Shown here: in pieces, positions 24,165 to 41,500 of the stretch
Layout of the letters: every line of letters starts with the position of its first letter
Position numbering within the stretch: the stretch's first letter is position 1
From: Octopus sinensis
Lineage: Eukaryota
Length of the DNA: 64,000 bases
Direction: 5' to 3'
Assembly (NCBI RefSeq): GCF_006345805.1
Contig: NC_043001.1
Span: forward strand, 67,518,001 to 67,582,000
Program-made: the position numbers and the translations under genes
The notes under the pieces: model-generated
The model's input: only the letters and a program-made list of their open reading frames with translations
Told to the model about the DNA's origin: nothing
Database searches by the model: none

Positions 24165-27100
24165 TATATGCACTTTGTATATATAAAAATTATTATATAT
24201 ACATATTTATATATAGATACACACACACATATAAATTAACCTAATAAATATCTGATTCATAATATTTGTTGTCATGATTGAGTGGTAGTGGTGGCGATGA
24301 TAATTCTCTCTATGAATGCAGACAGACGTAGAGAGTGAGAGTGTGTGAAAGCGCTGTGGAAGGCAGGGAGGGGGGATAACGGACGCTGTGAAACGACGTT
24401 ATAAAGAGAAAGTGAATGTAAGTTAGGGAGACGCTGTGAAACGACGTTATAGATAGAATGTGAAAGGAAGGGAGAAAAGTGAGTGAGTGATGTAGGAAGA
24501 CAGATACATAAAAGAATGAGAGTGTTGGATGTTTTGTTTGTTGGACCAATCTATTAAGGTAGTATTGTTTTATTGTTTTAAAACGAAAGAGGCAATGTGT
24601 TTGTTTCAAAAATTAAAACATCTGTAATAGTGAATGAAATTAGAATTCACACCCAGCTCAGTTTTGTAGAAAGAGTATCACGATGTGAACTCATGAGTTG
24701 GGAGTTTGACTGAGAGAGTTTATATGGTGACACATGCCAGTCCTTTCGACACCACCTAAACAATGGAATAGTGTATAAAATGTAATTAACAACTCATTCA
24801 CTTTATGAATGTCTTATGTTAGCGAAGAAACAATAACTTGACAAAACCGTTTAATGGAGACGTAGAAGGAATCGGAAAATGAGGAATAAAGAGAATGAGT
24901 TGGATCAAATGTTTGCAAACATCTGAACCCAACGTTCTTTATGAACCATGTTCTTTTTAATGTCTTTATTTTCAAGAATGAAGAGATAATGAAGAGGTGC
25001 AAAATAAAAAATCAAGCAAAATTTCATGACTTACAATCAGTTTTCTTTTGTCAGAGCCTCCTGATAAACCACGTTCCTTGTGCGCTCATGATTGCCAAGA
25101 ATGAAGAGTTTATGTGGATTTCCAACTCGAGAACAGTCTACGTACAATTGACCATGACTGAAAACCGGTTGTGACAGGTTAATGCCTACAATGTCCAGTG
25201 ATTGTCCCTGTGACCTGTTGATTGTCATCGCGAAGCATAGTTTTATCGGAAATTAAAAGCGTTTAAACTGAATGGGAACATCAGAGGGTGAAATACTCAT
25301 TTTATGTATCATTTTGATTGTTCCTACAAATGGTCCACTCAAAATTTCAGCAGTTATAACATGGCTTTGAATCCTCCTAATAACCATTCGGGTTCCATTG
25401 CATATTTCAGGCGTTTCCATATTTCTGAGCACCATGATTGGAGCACCAACTTTCAAACACAAATGATGAGGTGGAAGTCCCGGAGGTGTTAGCTTGTTGA
25501 GTAGCTCGGGTGGATATTTGACTGCATCATTCTCATCTTTATTTGTATCGATGGACATGAAAGAAACTATCTCACCAGGATTCATATCAAGTACTTGTTT
25601 ATTTGTAGCCTCAGCGGTTGTATTATGAGGCGATAGAATAGCTCTTGCTCTTAGCCAATCGAGATCCTGGAAGTTGGTTTCGACGTCAGGTAAAACGGCT
25701 CTTATAAGTTCTTCTACTTTTGGAACGAAATTCCCAAAAGGCAACCGAATATGCTCATCATCAACGAAAGGCAAAACTCCATCACAAAGATCTAATAGGT
25801 GTTTTGCGAAAGCCTCAGACTCCACATCACCATGTAGGTGGACTCTCATGTTTGTTTGAAGATGGCGACTGATAACACTGTGCCACACATAAGAATGCTT
25901 TATACATGCATTAACCTCATCGGCTCTAGTGCCTGCTCGGACAACAGGAAGAGTTTGTCGAAAATCTCCTGCCATGAGAAACGTAGCTCCACCCATTATT
26001 TTTGTATTGTGACGCAAATCTTGGAGAGTTCTGTCAAGAGCCTCAAACATGGCCTTATTACTCATTGTAGCCTCATCCCAAATAAAAAGACTGCATTCAC
26101 GAAGAATTCTTGCTCTTGAGGAACTACGATCTATATTACATATAGGATTATCTTTCTTTCCAATGTCCATGGGCAATTTGAATGCACTATGTGCCGTACG
26201 GCCGCCTTGAAGCAGTGTCGCTGCAATACCACTTGAGGCACTTGCAATGGCAATTCGACGTTCAGCGCGCAGCTTTGCGAGAATCAAATTGATAACGAAA
26301 GTTTTACCAGTACCACCTGGAGCATTCAAAAAGAAAAGCTTTCCTTGGTTCAATCTAACGCTGTCAATAATTTCATTATAAATCTCTCTTTGTTCAGGCA
26401 AAAGTCTTGGTTCATCTCGCGTACTTGTTTCCGTCAATTCGGCAATGTTGTAGTTTTTTTCTGACATGTATTCAACATCCAAAGGCGCTTCATGATGGAC
26501 AGGTGTTGGCAGATGGAATTCACTTAAACCGCGTATAACATAGCGTCTGATGTGTCTGTCCATGTCGATTAATGCCTCATTATAAACATCGTCGTTGCCA
26601 TCACGTAGCGCTAAATTAGCCTGTATGTCCTTTGATAGGCTCTGTCTGAACGATTCCCAAAGGTTAAAAGGGTTGCTGGGATTACAGTGGATTAATATGC
26701 TACAAAGCAATCGACGCATTTGCCATGGCAGTTTACAATTTGAGGCCTCTGCTAATGTCCTGTGTAAGTGGTCGTCATTGAGAAGAAGTCCGCACCTCAA
26801 ACATGCTTCCCTGTAAGTGGCGCAGATGATACCATCATCCGTGCGAAGATCAGCAAAAGACTTCGGTCCAGTAACTACATGAAGTAGCATTCTCAAAGAG
26901 ATTTCCTGTTTGGTAGGATGAATATTATACACACGCCCAATGACGTTCTTCCTAGAAACACCGGGCCAATTGTCAAGTTCTGTTCCATGTGACCTGCGCT
27001 TCCAATTATTGTTGTTGTATGTGTAATATTCCGGTACTTCAAGGTAAATGAGAGTAGCAGCAAACTCATCAACTGAACACAATTTTTAAAATGCTGTAAG

Positions 27101-27734
27101 CGTAGTCCCTTTTGGATTTTCAATGACTTGATGTGCATTTTTCTCTGTGAAGTAAACCAGCTGTCTCTTCTGTAAATGAACATTCAGGTGGGAAACTGAT
27201 GGTGAGCTGAGATGAATCTCGTATCCAAAAATGCGCCACGCTGCATAATTGGAGGATACATACCTACCGAAAACGAATTGTTTAATTTCGTCATGTCTAA
27301 GGTCTTCATCACTGAACACAAACACGGCCATATCATCGCCCTTATTAATGTACTTGCAGAGGTATTGTATGCATCTCACCGAACTGCAGTACTCAACATT
27401 AATGTGTGCATGAAATGTTTTGGAAAGCAAAGGGTTGAATGGAACGATCCAGGCATTATCAACATCGAATGTTTTTAGCCGTTGTCTAATTGTAGTTGTG
27501 CGGCCACCCAAACCTGGGTCACATATATGAAAGAGAGGACGGGAAAATGAAATATTTTGCAATGTAAACATGATTTGTCTTAAGAGAAAGATTGTCATGA
27601 TTGTGTGTTGGTGGTGGCGATGATAATTATCATTAGGAAAAACATAAGTTGTGGCGATGATAATTCTAGACCCCTTTTCACATTTTGATGAAGAGAACCC
27701 GATTTCATTCGTGTGTACTGGGGCCCACATATAG

Positions 27735-27783
<49 letters not shown>

Positions 27784-28342
27784 TGTGCACGCTGTAGAAA
27801 TTAAATTAGAGATCAAACCACTAAAAGGGAAATGAAACAGTAAAAAAACGCAAACATAAAAATAAAAATATAATATTAGATATATGTATATATGTGTGTG
27901 TGTGTTGACAGGTAGACAATAGAATGCGATGGGGATGGCGATGGGGATGGCGATGGGGATGGCGATGTAATATTTGTTACAGTCCATGAACGCTGATAGA
28001 TACATGAGTAAAATGTATAGGAAGGTAAGAGATAGAGTGAGTGAAAATGTTCTTATAAGAGAGTAAATAGCGACAGAGTGATTTGAGGAAGACTTTACAT
28101 TAAATAACGGTAGTTGCATTGTCAAATGAAGAGGAGTGACAGAGTACTGGAGGAAATAGGGTGAGGTAGGAAGATGGCCCCTAGCAACCACACCTTTTAA
28201 GATATGGATTTCTAAGGTAGCCCACGCGCATCGTCACCTCATTCTACATGTCCCTGTAAATTTTGGAGCGAATCGGACGGGATGTAGTGGCATTGAAAGC
28301 GAACCAAGCGGTAAAAACGCATTTCAGTTTTATATATAGAGA
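24031..28342 (-). mobile_element. Helitron unit 2 (internally deleted autonomous copy, ~4.3 kb)
   Basis: Same termini as unit 1 (TC 5' end, ACCCGCGCGTAGAGCGGGT hairpin, CTAG 3' end). It contains the Rep-helicase coding remnant. Confidence 0.85.
25037..27520 (-). pseudogene. Helitron Rep/Pif1 helicase, N-terminal Rep (HUH) part deleted, two in-frame stops
   Basis: One continuous frame: DVDNAWIVPFNPLL..HINVEYC..YLCKYINKG, Walker A APGGTGKT, GGRTAHSAFKLP, WDEATM, GDFRQTLPV, then AMTINRSQGQS..FSHGQLYV. TAA stops occur at 27086-27088 and 25253-25255, with no frameshift. Confidence 0.92.
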
Positions 28343-30897
<2,555 letters not shown>

Positions 30898-30909
30898 TAT
30901 ATCTATATA

Positions 30910-32207
30910 CTAGCAGAGATACCTGGCATTGCCCGTGTTACATGCAATTGAAAAATTAGACTTTTCTGTTATATTTTCTGTAATGAACTGGAATATCTGT
31001 TTCGTATTTCATCAAAATTGCAGATGAGGGTTATTTCCCTCTTTACACACCCTAAACAAATTGTAATCGTGCCACATGTATCCCATACTACTGATTTTTA
31101 TGGGCATATTCCAAAATTCCAGTCTTATTGAACCTGTTAAAAGATTTTGCTCCTGAAAAATGAAGGTCATGGAGCTCTAAAATGTTGGGGGTGGGCATCA
31201 TAATGTCAACCAGAGAAGTTGAATTTTGAGAATCTTTTTAACTTGGGTCTTATATCTATTGTTTGAATTTCTTTGAAATAGGAAATATATGTTCACTGGG
31301 TTTGTAAAAGAGAGCAAAGCTACAGGAAACCAAAAAATGAATGATCACAACAAGCAGTCAGCTACCCTACCCTTGTCGTTACTACTCCCAATGTAGGATT
31401 CCTCACCATCCAGGTGACAGGCACAGCTGTAAGATGCATTATGAATCTATAGCAATTGGAAGGGCATGACCCAACTGAAATAAACATTAACAACTGTGTG
31501 ACGTGAGGGCTAAGGAGAAATTAAAGTGTCACTTCTGGAGTTTGCAAATGACCACAATACTGATACGTAACTGGACAGAATAAATTTACAATCTATAAAT
31601 GTCTTTGAATAACCAGTCACTCATCTGGGAAGTCCTTAAAATCAATGTTACCATCTGGGGACTATGTGTGACCCAGTGATAATAAAAAGACTGAAAGGAG
31701 GTCTGCAATCAAATAACTTTACTCAACACTTTGCAACTGAATCAGTGGAGGCAAAGATGCCTCTCATTTACTTGACAATTTATGCACCACATTGCAGAAA
31801 TCACAATGTAAGTGAATGTCAAAGCAAACTTTTACACTGTTGTACCATTGAATTATAAATAATGCTCATCTTTTATGCTCGGGTAACGCTACAGCTTCCA
31901 AGAGCACAACTGTATTCGTTTTTGCTTAGATGAAATGACAAAATTGTGGGTGTTAAGTCCCCATGGAGGGGTCTTTCTAACCTGTAAGATGATGAAATTT
32001 TATAAATATTACTTCATATGTGTCTAATATCTATGGTTAAAATTTCATCAACAGCAAAAATATATGAATTGTCATGGGGGTTATGGCCCTTATGCATAGA
32101 ATATTATTTCCAAATTTCATACACATCCATTTAGTACTTTTGACCTAGTTTTGGATCATAAAAGAAATGATTAAAATTTGGGAGTTAAGGCCCCCATTAG
32201 GGTGTTT

Positions 32208-32210
<3 letters not shown>
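30910..32210 (-). mobile_element. Probable non-autonomous Helitron of a second family
   Basis: Minus-strand 3' end CGGGCAATGCCAGGTATCTCTGCTAG|T. The 5' end runs into (TA)n-TAAAA and the TC is not visible. Confidence 0.5.
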
Positions 32211-32271
<61 letters not shown>

Positions 32272-32273
<2 letters not shown>

Positions 32274-32749
32274 CGAACCATCCGATCGTGGCCGTTGCCA
32301 GCGCCGCCCCAACTGGCCTACGTGCCGGGGGCACGTAAAAAGCACCATCCGTTCATGGCTGTTGCCAGCCTCGCCTGGCCCCCATGCCGGTGGCACGTAG
32401 CACCATCCATTTGTGGCCGTTGCCAGCCTCGCCTGGCCCCCGTGCTGGTGGCATGTAAAAGCACCATGTGTTCGTGGCCATTGCCAGCCTCACCTGGCCC
32501 CCGTGCCGGTGGCACGTAAAAAGCACCATCCGTCCGTGGCCGTTTGCCAGCTCCGTCTGGCACCTGTGCAGGTGGCACGTAAAAAGCACCCACTACACTC
32601 ACGGAGTGGTTGGCGTTAGGAAGGGCATCCAGCCGTAGAAACACTGCCTGATCAGACTGGGCCTGATGCAGCCTTCTGGCTTCACAGACCCCAGTTGGGC
32701 CGTCCGACCCATGCTAGCATGGAAAGTGGACGCTAAATGATGATGATGA
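32272..32749 (+). mobile_element. RTE LINE 3' UTR fragment with ~6 internal repeat units
   Basis: Repeated GCACCATCCG..GGCCGTTGCCAGC..GTGCCGGTGGCACGTAAAAA units and a (GAT)n tail. Confidence 0.75.
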
Positions 32750-32762
32750 TACATATATGTAT

Positions 32763-32763
<1 letters not shown>

Positions 32764-32813
<50 letters not shown>

Positions 32814-33038
32814 GTTTAACGTCCGTTTTCCACGCTAGCACGGGTTGGACGGTTTCGACCGGGGTCTGGGGAGCTCGGGACTGCCCCAGGCTCCAGTCTA
32901 GTCTGGCAGTGTTTCTACAGCTGGATGCCCTTCCTAACGCCAACCACTCCGCGAGTGTAGTGGGTGCTTTTTACGTGCCACCTGCACAGGTGCCAGAGGG
33001 GTCTGGCATCGGCCACGTTTGGATGGTGCTTTTTATGT
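32764..33038 (-). mobile_element. RTE LINE 3' UTR fragment
   Basis: (CAT)n-CGTTTAACGTCCG, the reverse-complement tail, placed tail-to-tail with the preceding copy. Confidence 0.75.
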
Positions 33039-33294
33039 GTGGGGGGGGGGTGCAGAAATATAGGGGAGCACCAGTGGGGAGGGGTGGTTCAGAGAAATGA
33101 TGACAGGTTCTAGGCAAGTAGAATGTAGGATATCGAGAGAGGGGTAATGCATGGTGAAATAGCGTATTGAAGAGTGGGGTTCGAAGAGTAGACACCTATA
33201 ATGGTGGTGGGAGAAGCGACATCCGTTATAGATGGAGCAAAATATAGAGATATCCGGTATTGGTGGGGGGGGTGGGAGGGGGGCGCACCGCGCA

Positions 33295-33907
33295 TTGGGA
33301 GATGAGGTTTTAGGCGGCAGGAAGAAAGAAGACAGGATTGAGATGAAATGCTTTGCGGTGGTGTGAATAAATAAGTTTTTGTGAGTGAAAGTTTTTATGC
33401 TTCAGCTAGCATTTGAGGAAAGACAACGATAACGCTATTAGATGGGGATACAATAATAATAAGGCTTGCAAAAACAATGAAAAGAGGAGGAAACAGGTCG
33501 GGAACTTAGCTGATGTTTTTTTTCATCCTGCGGAAGCGAGTGAAGGTGAGATATATACCGAGAGAGAGAGAGAGGAGAGAGAGAGAAGAGAGAGACGTGA
33601 AAACAGAGTGAAAGAAAAGAAGGAGAACCGACACCACATAGCGAGAGAGAGAGAATTGGGAGATGAGGTTTTAGCGGCAGAAAGAAGACAGGATTGAGAT
33701 GAAATGCTTTGCGGTGGTGTGAATAAGTTTTTGTGAGTGAAAGTTTTTATGCTTCAGCTAGCATTTGAGACGAAAGACAACGATAACACTATTAGATGGG
33801 GATACAATAATAATAAGGCTTGAAAAAACAATGAAAAGAGGAAACAGGTCGGGAACTTAGCTGATGTTTTTTTTCATCCTGCGGAAGCGAGTGAAGGTGA
33901 GATATAT

Positions 33908-33943
<36 letters not shown>

Positions 33944-34195
33944 TGAAAACAGAGGGAGAACCGACACCACATAGCGAGAGAGAGAATTGGGAGATGAGGT
34001 TTTAGGCGGCAGAAAGAAGACAGGATTGAGATGAAATGCTTTGCGGTGGTGTGAATAAGTTTTTGTGAGTGAAAGTTTTTATGCTTCAGCTAGCATTTGA
34101 GACGAAAGACAATGATAACGCTATTAGATGGGGATACAATAATAATAAGGCTTGCAAAAACAATGAAAAGAGGAAACAGGTCGGGAACTTAGCTG

Positions 34196-34196
<1 letters not shown>
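33295..34196. repeat. Tandem repeat, ~330-360-bp unit, ~2.6 copies
   Basis: Units start TTGGGAGATGAGGTTTTAG at 33295, 33656 and 33987, each with an internal (GA)n tract. Confidence 0.85.
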
Positions 34197-34226
<30 letters not shown>

Positions 34227-35399
34227 TATATACATATATACATATATATATATATATAGATAGATAGATACATACATACATACATACATACATTCATACA
34301 TACATACATACATAGATATAGTTATAGACATAGATATATACACACATACACTTACATACAAAGATAAATTGATAGATACAACTGAGTGGGCAAACAAAAT
34401 TATAAGACACAGCTTAGTGCATTTTTTTATGTTGATAAACCTGGTACTTATGCTATTAGTTTGTTCTTGTGAAACCAGTAAATTATGGGGATGTAAATAA
34501 ATGAACAGCAGTTGTGAAGCAGTGATGAGGGCGAAACACAAAGACAAAGACACATACATACACTTACATATATACATATATATACAATTGATTTGTTTCA
34601 GTTCCTGTCTACGAAATCCATATATATATATATATGTATGTATACACACACACTCACACACACACAGAAATTGATAGATACAACTGAGTGGGCAAACAAA
34701 AATATAAGACACTGCCTAATGCTTTTTTTATATTTTGATAAGCCTGGTACTTATTCTATCAATTTCTTCTTGTGAAACCAGTAAGTTATGGTGATGTAAA
34801 TAAACGAACACCAGTTGTGAAGCAGTGATGAGGGAGAAACACAAAGACACACACATAGACTTACATATATTCATACATATATATACAATTGATTTCTTTC
34901 AGTTTCTGTCTACAAAATCTACTGACAAAGCTTTGGTTGGTCTGAGGCTATAGCAGAAGACACATGCCAAGTTACCACACAGTGGGACTAAACTGAGGAC
35001 CATGTGTTTTGGAACCACGTTTGTTACCACACAGTCACACCTGCACCTATGTATGTGTGTGTGGGGGGAAGGGGGTATGTGTGTATGGGTGTATATATGT
35101 ATGCATGTATATATGTGTATATATATGTGTACATATTACATGTATATCTATATATATATACATCTACACATACATGTATACATATACATGTATACATATA
35201 CAGCTATACATATACATGTATACATATACATCTATATATATATATATATACATCCATATATATACATCTATATATATACATGTATATGTATACATCTATA
35301 TATATATATATATACACACATGTAAATTTAAATTTAAAATAATAAGGGTGAAAAATTGAATATTAATTTGGTTAATATGAATTGAAAACCAGTGGTGTA

Positions 35400-36501
<1,102 letters not shown>

Positions 36502-36554
36502 TGTATGTATGTATTATGTATGTATGTATGTGTGTGTGTGTATGCATATAATTT

Positions 36555-36964
36555 AGAGAAAAACCACTATTAAACAATTCAATAAAGGAAGATGCTATTC
36601 ACACCATATAGAAAAAATATACTATAAAAAAACCTTATTTTAAATCAATAAAGTACAATAAATAGTAAATAGTAGTAAAAAGACTACACATGTTTCATGG
36701 CTATATTTTCAAATAGATAATAATAATAAAATCTACTATATAAATAGAATTAATTTTAGTTCGATTTAATTTTGAATCAAATTGATTTTATTATTATTAT
36801 CTCTTTGAAAATATAGCCATGAAACGTGTGTAGTCTTTTTACTAATTTTTACTATTTATTGTACTTTATTGATTTAAAATAAGGCTTTTTTTTATAGTAT
36901 ATGTTTGCTATATAGTGTGAATAATATCTTCCTTTATTGAATTGTTTAATAGTGGTTTTTCTCT
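36555..36964. repeat. Foldback inverted repeat, ~180-bp arms with ~50-bp spacer
   Basis: 36555-36733 is the imperfect reverse complement of 36784-36964. Confidence 0.85.
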
Positions 36965-37244
36965 ATATATTGTGAAATTTGATTTAAAATTGTTAAATTG
37001 AATTTTTCCCTGTAATATAGTACCTTTATTGATGAATGCAAAATATTTCTCTCACTTTGACTTGAAATTTGCTTTCATTTTCATATCTTCATTTCTGACA
37101 TGTTGATGATGCCATCTTACTTTGCAAATTTTTTCACAGAAACTTGTATACAAAAATTGTATCCAAAGTCTACCAACTAAGTATGAGTGGCTGCATGGCT
37201 TGTATTAAATGTGCTAATGTACATGATAAGAGTGTGGTCAAGGC

Positions 37245-37408
37245 TCTGCAGTTGGTATGTTGTGGCACACTGGTGTGCTACAAAATGATGCTAGGTGTGC
37301 TGAATTTTTTCTCTGTATTTTTAGTTTTATTTTTATTTCAGGTGTGCCACCAAATTTTGAAAAAAATATAAGTGTACCACGAGTGATAAAAGGTTGCGGA
37401 GCACTGGA
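37245..37408. mobile_element. Old hAT-type MITE fragment
   Basis: Ends AAAGGTTGCGGAGCACTG, which resembles a hAT TIR, and has internal GTGTGC-C motifs. Confidence 0.4.
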
Positions 37409-38299
37409 CCAATCTCATCTCCTCTTGTACACACTAATGTTTAATCTTCTCACTCATGATATCAGTCTTCTGCTGTCTTAAATTTCTTTAATCCCTCTGC
37501 ATCCTACTATTCCTACCCTCAACACTAAAGAACAAAGCTTTCCTCAGACCTGGCATTATCATTTAGAATTATTCTTGTTACTTATTGCTGTATTAATGGT
37601 TGAATGAAATAACATAAATTATTAAGTTAATAGTTATATCGATATTGTTCTAAGCATGTAATACAACAATGGCCATTGTGAAAATCAAAATGTGAGGAGC
37701 AGTGAAAGATAAAGAACAGAAGAGACATAAAATAAAATTTCCCATTTACTGTCACTTTCAAGTGTGAGTAAAGCACTGTAGTGTTTTGAAAGAGAGTGAA
37801 TGAAAATAACATTCTACATGCTAACATCGTATCATTACATGTATCTGCCTGGTCAGAATTTGAATGGGAAATATGTTGAGAAAGTCAGATAGTACAAAAC
37901 TAAAATAGAAGGGGTAGAAATTTAAAAATTCATTCCAATTTTATAATCAGCTTTATGTGAAATAGTTTGGGAATGCCATTCTCCCTTCTCACAAAAGTAA
38001 GGAAAACTGTTCAGACAGCATTACACTGCTGTATCAATACATACCCAATAATTTATAAAGCTTGTTTTTTTTCCTTTGTTTTTATACTTGTATATAAACT
38101 GTGATAATGAAAGAGCTCAGCCAACATATTTCCATGAGCCACTTATATCAATGGTCAAAGAACTGCTGTTAGGCCATCCCTGTTCCATACTGGTTTATGT
38201 TAGCAATATAGATGGTTTTACAAGAAATATGGAATGTAACTGCTGCAACTTCCAGTCAATTAACTTTTATATTTTTTAACTTCTGAAACTGAATGTTAA

Positions 38300-38560
38300 C
38301 CCTATGCTGAGCACAGTAAGAGGCAAACTTGGCCAGCCAAGGCCTTAACACCATTTCATAGGACCTGTCAGTGAAGCATTTCTTCCAACCTGTAGCATTT
38401 GAGATGTTTAGAGGGACTGGGCCGCTAATGGCAAAGTTCTTGTCCATCATTGGCAGCTCACCTTACCGAGGTGCCCTTGAGGGTGCTTGGCTGTTCCAAG
38501 CCATTACTCACAGTAATTCTGTAAGCATGTTGGCTTGCTTCAGTAGGTTCTGTTGACTCT
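38300..38560 (+). pseudogene. Degenerate C-terminus of a restriction-like-endonuclease LINE (CRE/HERO-like)
   Basis: FFQPVAFEMFRGTGPLMAKFLSIIG...QAITHSNSVSML resembles the FxPxAxETxGxWG...FL..IG...QRGNAxSxL motif. Confidence 0.4.
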
Positions 38561-41500
38561 TGTGGTATGTGACCATTTGTGGCACTTGGTGTTGAATTGA
38601 TGTGGGTGTTTTTCTTTTCTTTCTTTTTCCCATTTCTTTCTCCTAGTTTTGGATTTGGATTTTTAATGTGGTTTTGTATTATATATTATACATAAGTATT
38701 ATATTCCAAAAAGTCCCCAGTTGAAGTAGTCACACTTCACTCCATTAATGTTCCTGAGTAAGTTGTTTCCTGTTCCTTACTTAAAATTTAGAAACTGTTT
38801 GGTGAAAAGACAACAACATTTTAAGATTTTCCCAGTTTACTCAACACTTTGCAATTATTTGTAATTCAATGGTACATCAGTGTAAAAGTTTGCTTTGACA
38901 TTCACTTACATTGTGATTTCTGCAATGTGGTGCATAAATTGTCAAGTAAATGAGAGGCATCTTTGCCTCCACTGATTCAGTTGTTACTTCTCGTTGTTTA
39001 CCTTATAACAGTACTGTAAAATTATATTTTCTATTACAGCTTTTAAAATTCAATTCACATCCACCTCTTGTGCCCCTTACAACACTTTCACTTAACATCT
39101 ACCTGTCAAGCCCCATATAATATTTCAATGAATGACTGCCTGTCATAGTCACATGACCCCTATAACACTTTCAATTGATGTCTACTTTTAATAGTCCTTT
39201 GGCCCCTATAACAGTTCACTTAATGTCTGTCTCATCACACAAGTGTTTTCTTATTATATATCAGCTTTCTTGTTATTTTTCTTAATTATCCATGATATAT
39301 ATTTTACTTGCCTTATGGCATTATCAACTTAAACTAACGATAACACCATATTCCCAACAATTTCTACACACAAAACTTTTTTTTATTAGCTATTCAATTT
39401 TTTCTCATCTGTTTCTCAACAAATTAATTTTTTTATTCTTTTCTAAAAACCATCCATGAAGTGTGTAACCAAAATGGCGGTCATTTTTACCATACAACCT
39501 TAGTGATATTTTTAAATGCTGAAAGGAATATATAATTAAAACTTAAAATAAACATTTCATATTGATGACACTGTCAGATCTTATCATTTGCCTATAAACA
39601 CCTCATTATATTTCAGATAAAAATATAATGTTAACAATAAAGCAACTTGTTTATTCTGTTATAGTCTATACCACCATCCCAGTCACTTATTACTTTTATA
39701 TTTTTAAACCAATCTGTTTAACTCAATGGCCAATTCTTGTTTGAGACAATCCTTATTATTTTTATTGTTCTATTTTTATGTTCGTTGTGTTTCTACTGAA
39801 GCTTCTTAGCCAATTATATATTCTTTCTGTGTGTAAGTTTATAAAAATATAACTATTTGAATCAATTTATTTTGGTGTTTTTATGTTCCTGTAAACTAAC
39901 ATTTCAGCAAAAGAGACTGATGGAATAAGCACCAGGCTTATTAAAAATTAAGTCCTAGGGTCGATTCCTTCAACTAAAAATTCTTCAAGGTGGTACCCCT
40001 GCATGGCTGCAGTCTAATGACTGAAACAAGTATAAGATGAAAAAAAAATGCAATTGTTCATAAATTTTTTTTTTAAATAAAACAGAGCTATCCATTTCAG
40101 AATCAGCAACATCTTTAAGGTTCTAGAATTAATTTAAGTAATTAAAAGTAATTAAATTTTTAATTACATCTGATCACCTCAACTTGAAAATACTTTGTCC
40201 GTATATAAAACAAAATCTAAATCACAGACATGGAAAATAATAATTTTATATATCAGACCATTGAACAAGATTTTCATAAAGTTACTTCAGAATTGTGTTG
40301 GAACTTGTTCAGCTTTCTCTTTGTTATTATCATGAACCAGACACAATGTTGCTACTTTTATGGTGAAGGAGCAGAAATTGTGTGAAAAAGAAAATATGTA
40401 TTTATGTATAGGTGAAACAAAATGTGTATATGAGAGTAAGAGAGAAAAAAGGTGTGTTTGTGAGCGAGAGTGTGATATTTTTACGTTTACCAAGCGAAAA
40501 TTTACTTAATATTGTGAAAAATATTTGATAATTGAGTAAGGTAGATGTAAAACAATTTTGGAGATTCTCCTGCTGAGAACTAAATTCTCTGTAATTTGTC
40601 ATTCTAAAACCATAAATTTAATTCCCAATAGAGATTTTTTTTTTCTTTTACAGAAATCCTATTTTAATCATTGACTTTTAAAAATTGCAATAACATCATC
40701 AGTGTTAATAATAATTTTCATGTGTGATAAATATAAATTCCCATAGTTATCTTTATTGCTTTTCTGTATGAAAAGATAGCTTGAACAGACACAGACATTG
40801 TTGTTCATATATATGAATAAACATAGTTTACCATAATTTAGTGGTAGCAGACAGATTTATTGAGTTCCCATTAGTGTTCCTGGAAACCATGAACCCTTTC
40901 AGTTGACCTCACTTCTCTGTCAGAGCAGTTTTATGCATGATGTCTATTAAATCTGAGAGGGAACACCTAACCATTTCTTTCATTTATAATATAGATCCCT
41001 GTCTGTTTTTGAAGTCAATAAAGGAACAACAGTACCCTCAACCTGTTTTCAAACTGATAGGGGGAAGTTAAATGTACTCAGACCAGATACTTGGCCTCAA
41101 TGCATGTGACAGAGTGAACACAGCTAAAGACACCAAAGACCAGCTGGGACTGTTAAACTGAATGGCCATCCCACCCTGCAAGAACAGAGAATGTGGCTCT
41201 AACAAGCTTCTACACAGTTTCCTTCTTCAGAATTTCACTCACATAGTTTTGGTCAACCCCCTCCCCTTGTGCTCTGGAATTGAACCTGAAATCACCTAGC
41301 TGTGAAGTGGTCTTCCTACAACCATGTTGTTATTATATATTTAACTTAGGCAATATGAGATGTGGTGATGTTAATGTATTTCTTTGAACCATTACTGTTT
41401 GGTGTATGCAAATGTGTTTCGACTGGGAATTGAAACTTCTGCATTCTCAGTATCAATAAATACAACATATACAAATCATCATCATCATCATCGTCTTTTT

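Noticed and set aside
27595-28191. 198-aa ORF and other low-complexity ORFs (e.g. 34086-34712, 47008-47439, 52573-53253)
   Set aside because: These are translations of microsatellite or low-complexity non-coding sequence with no recognisable domains.
37141-37255. Plus-strand exon candidate (NLYTKIVSKV...KALQL)
   Set aside because: No recognisable homology, and the donor site falls in an old MITE fragment.
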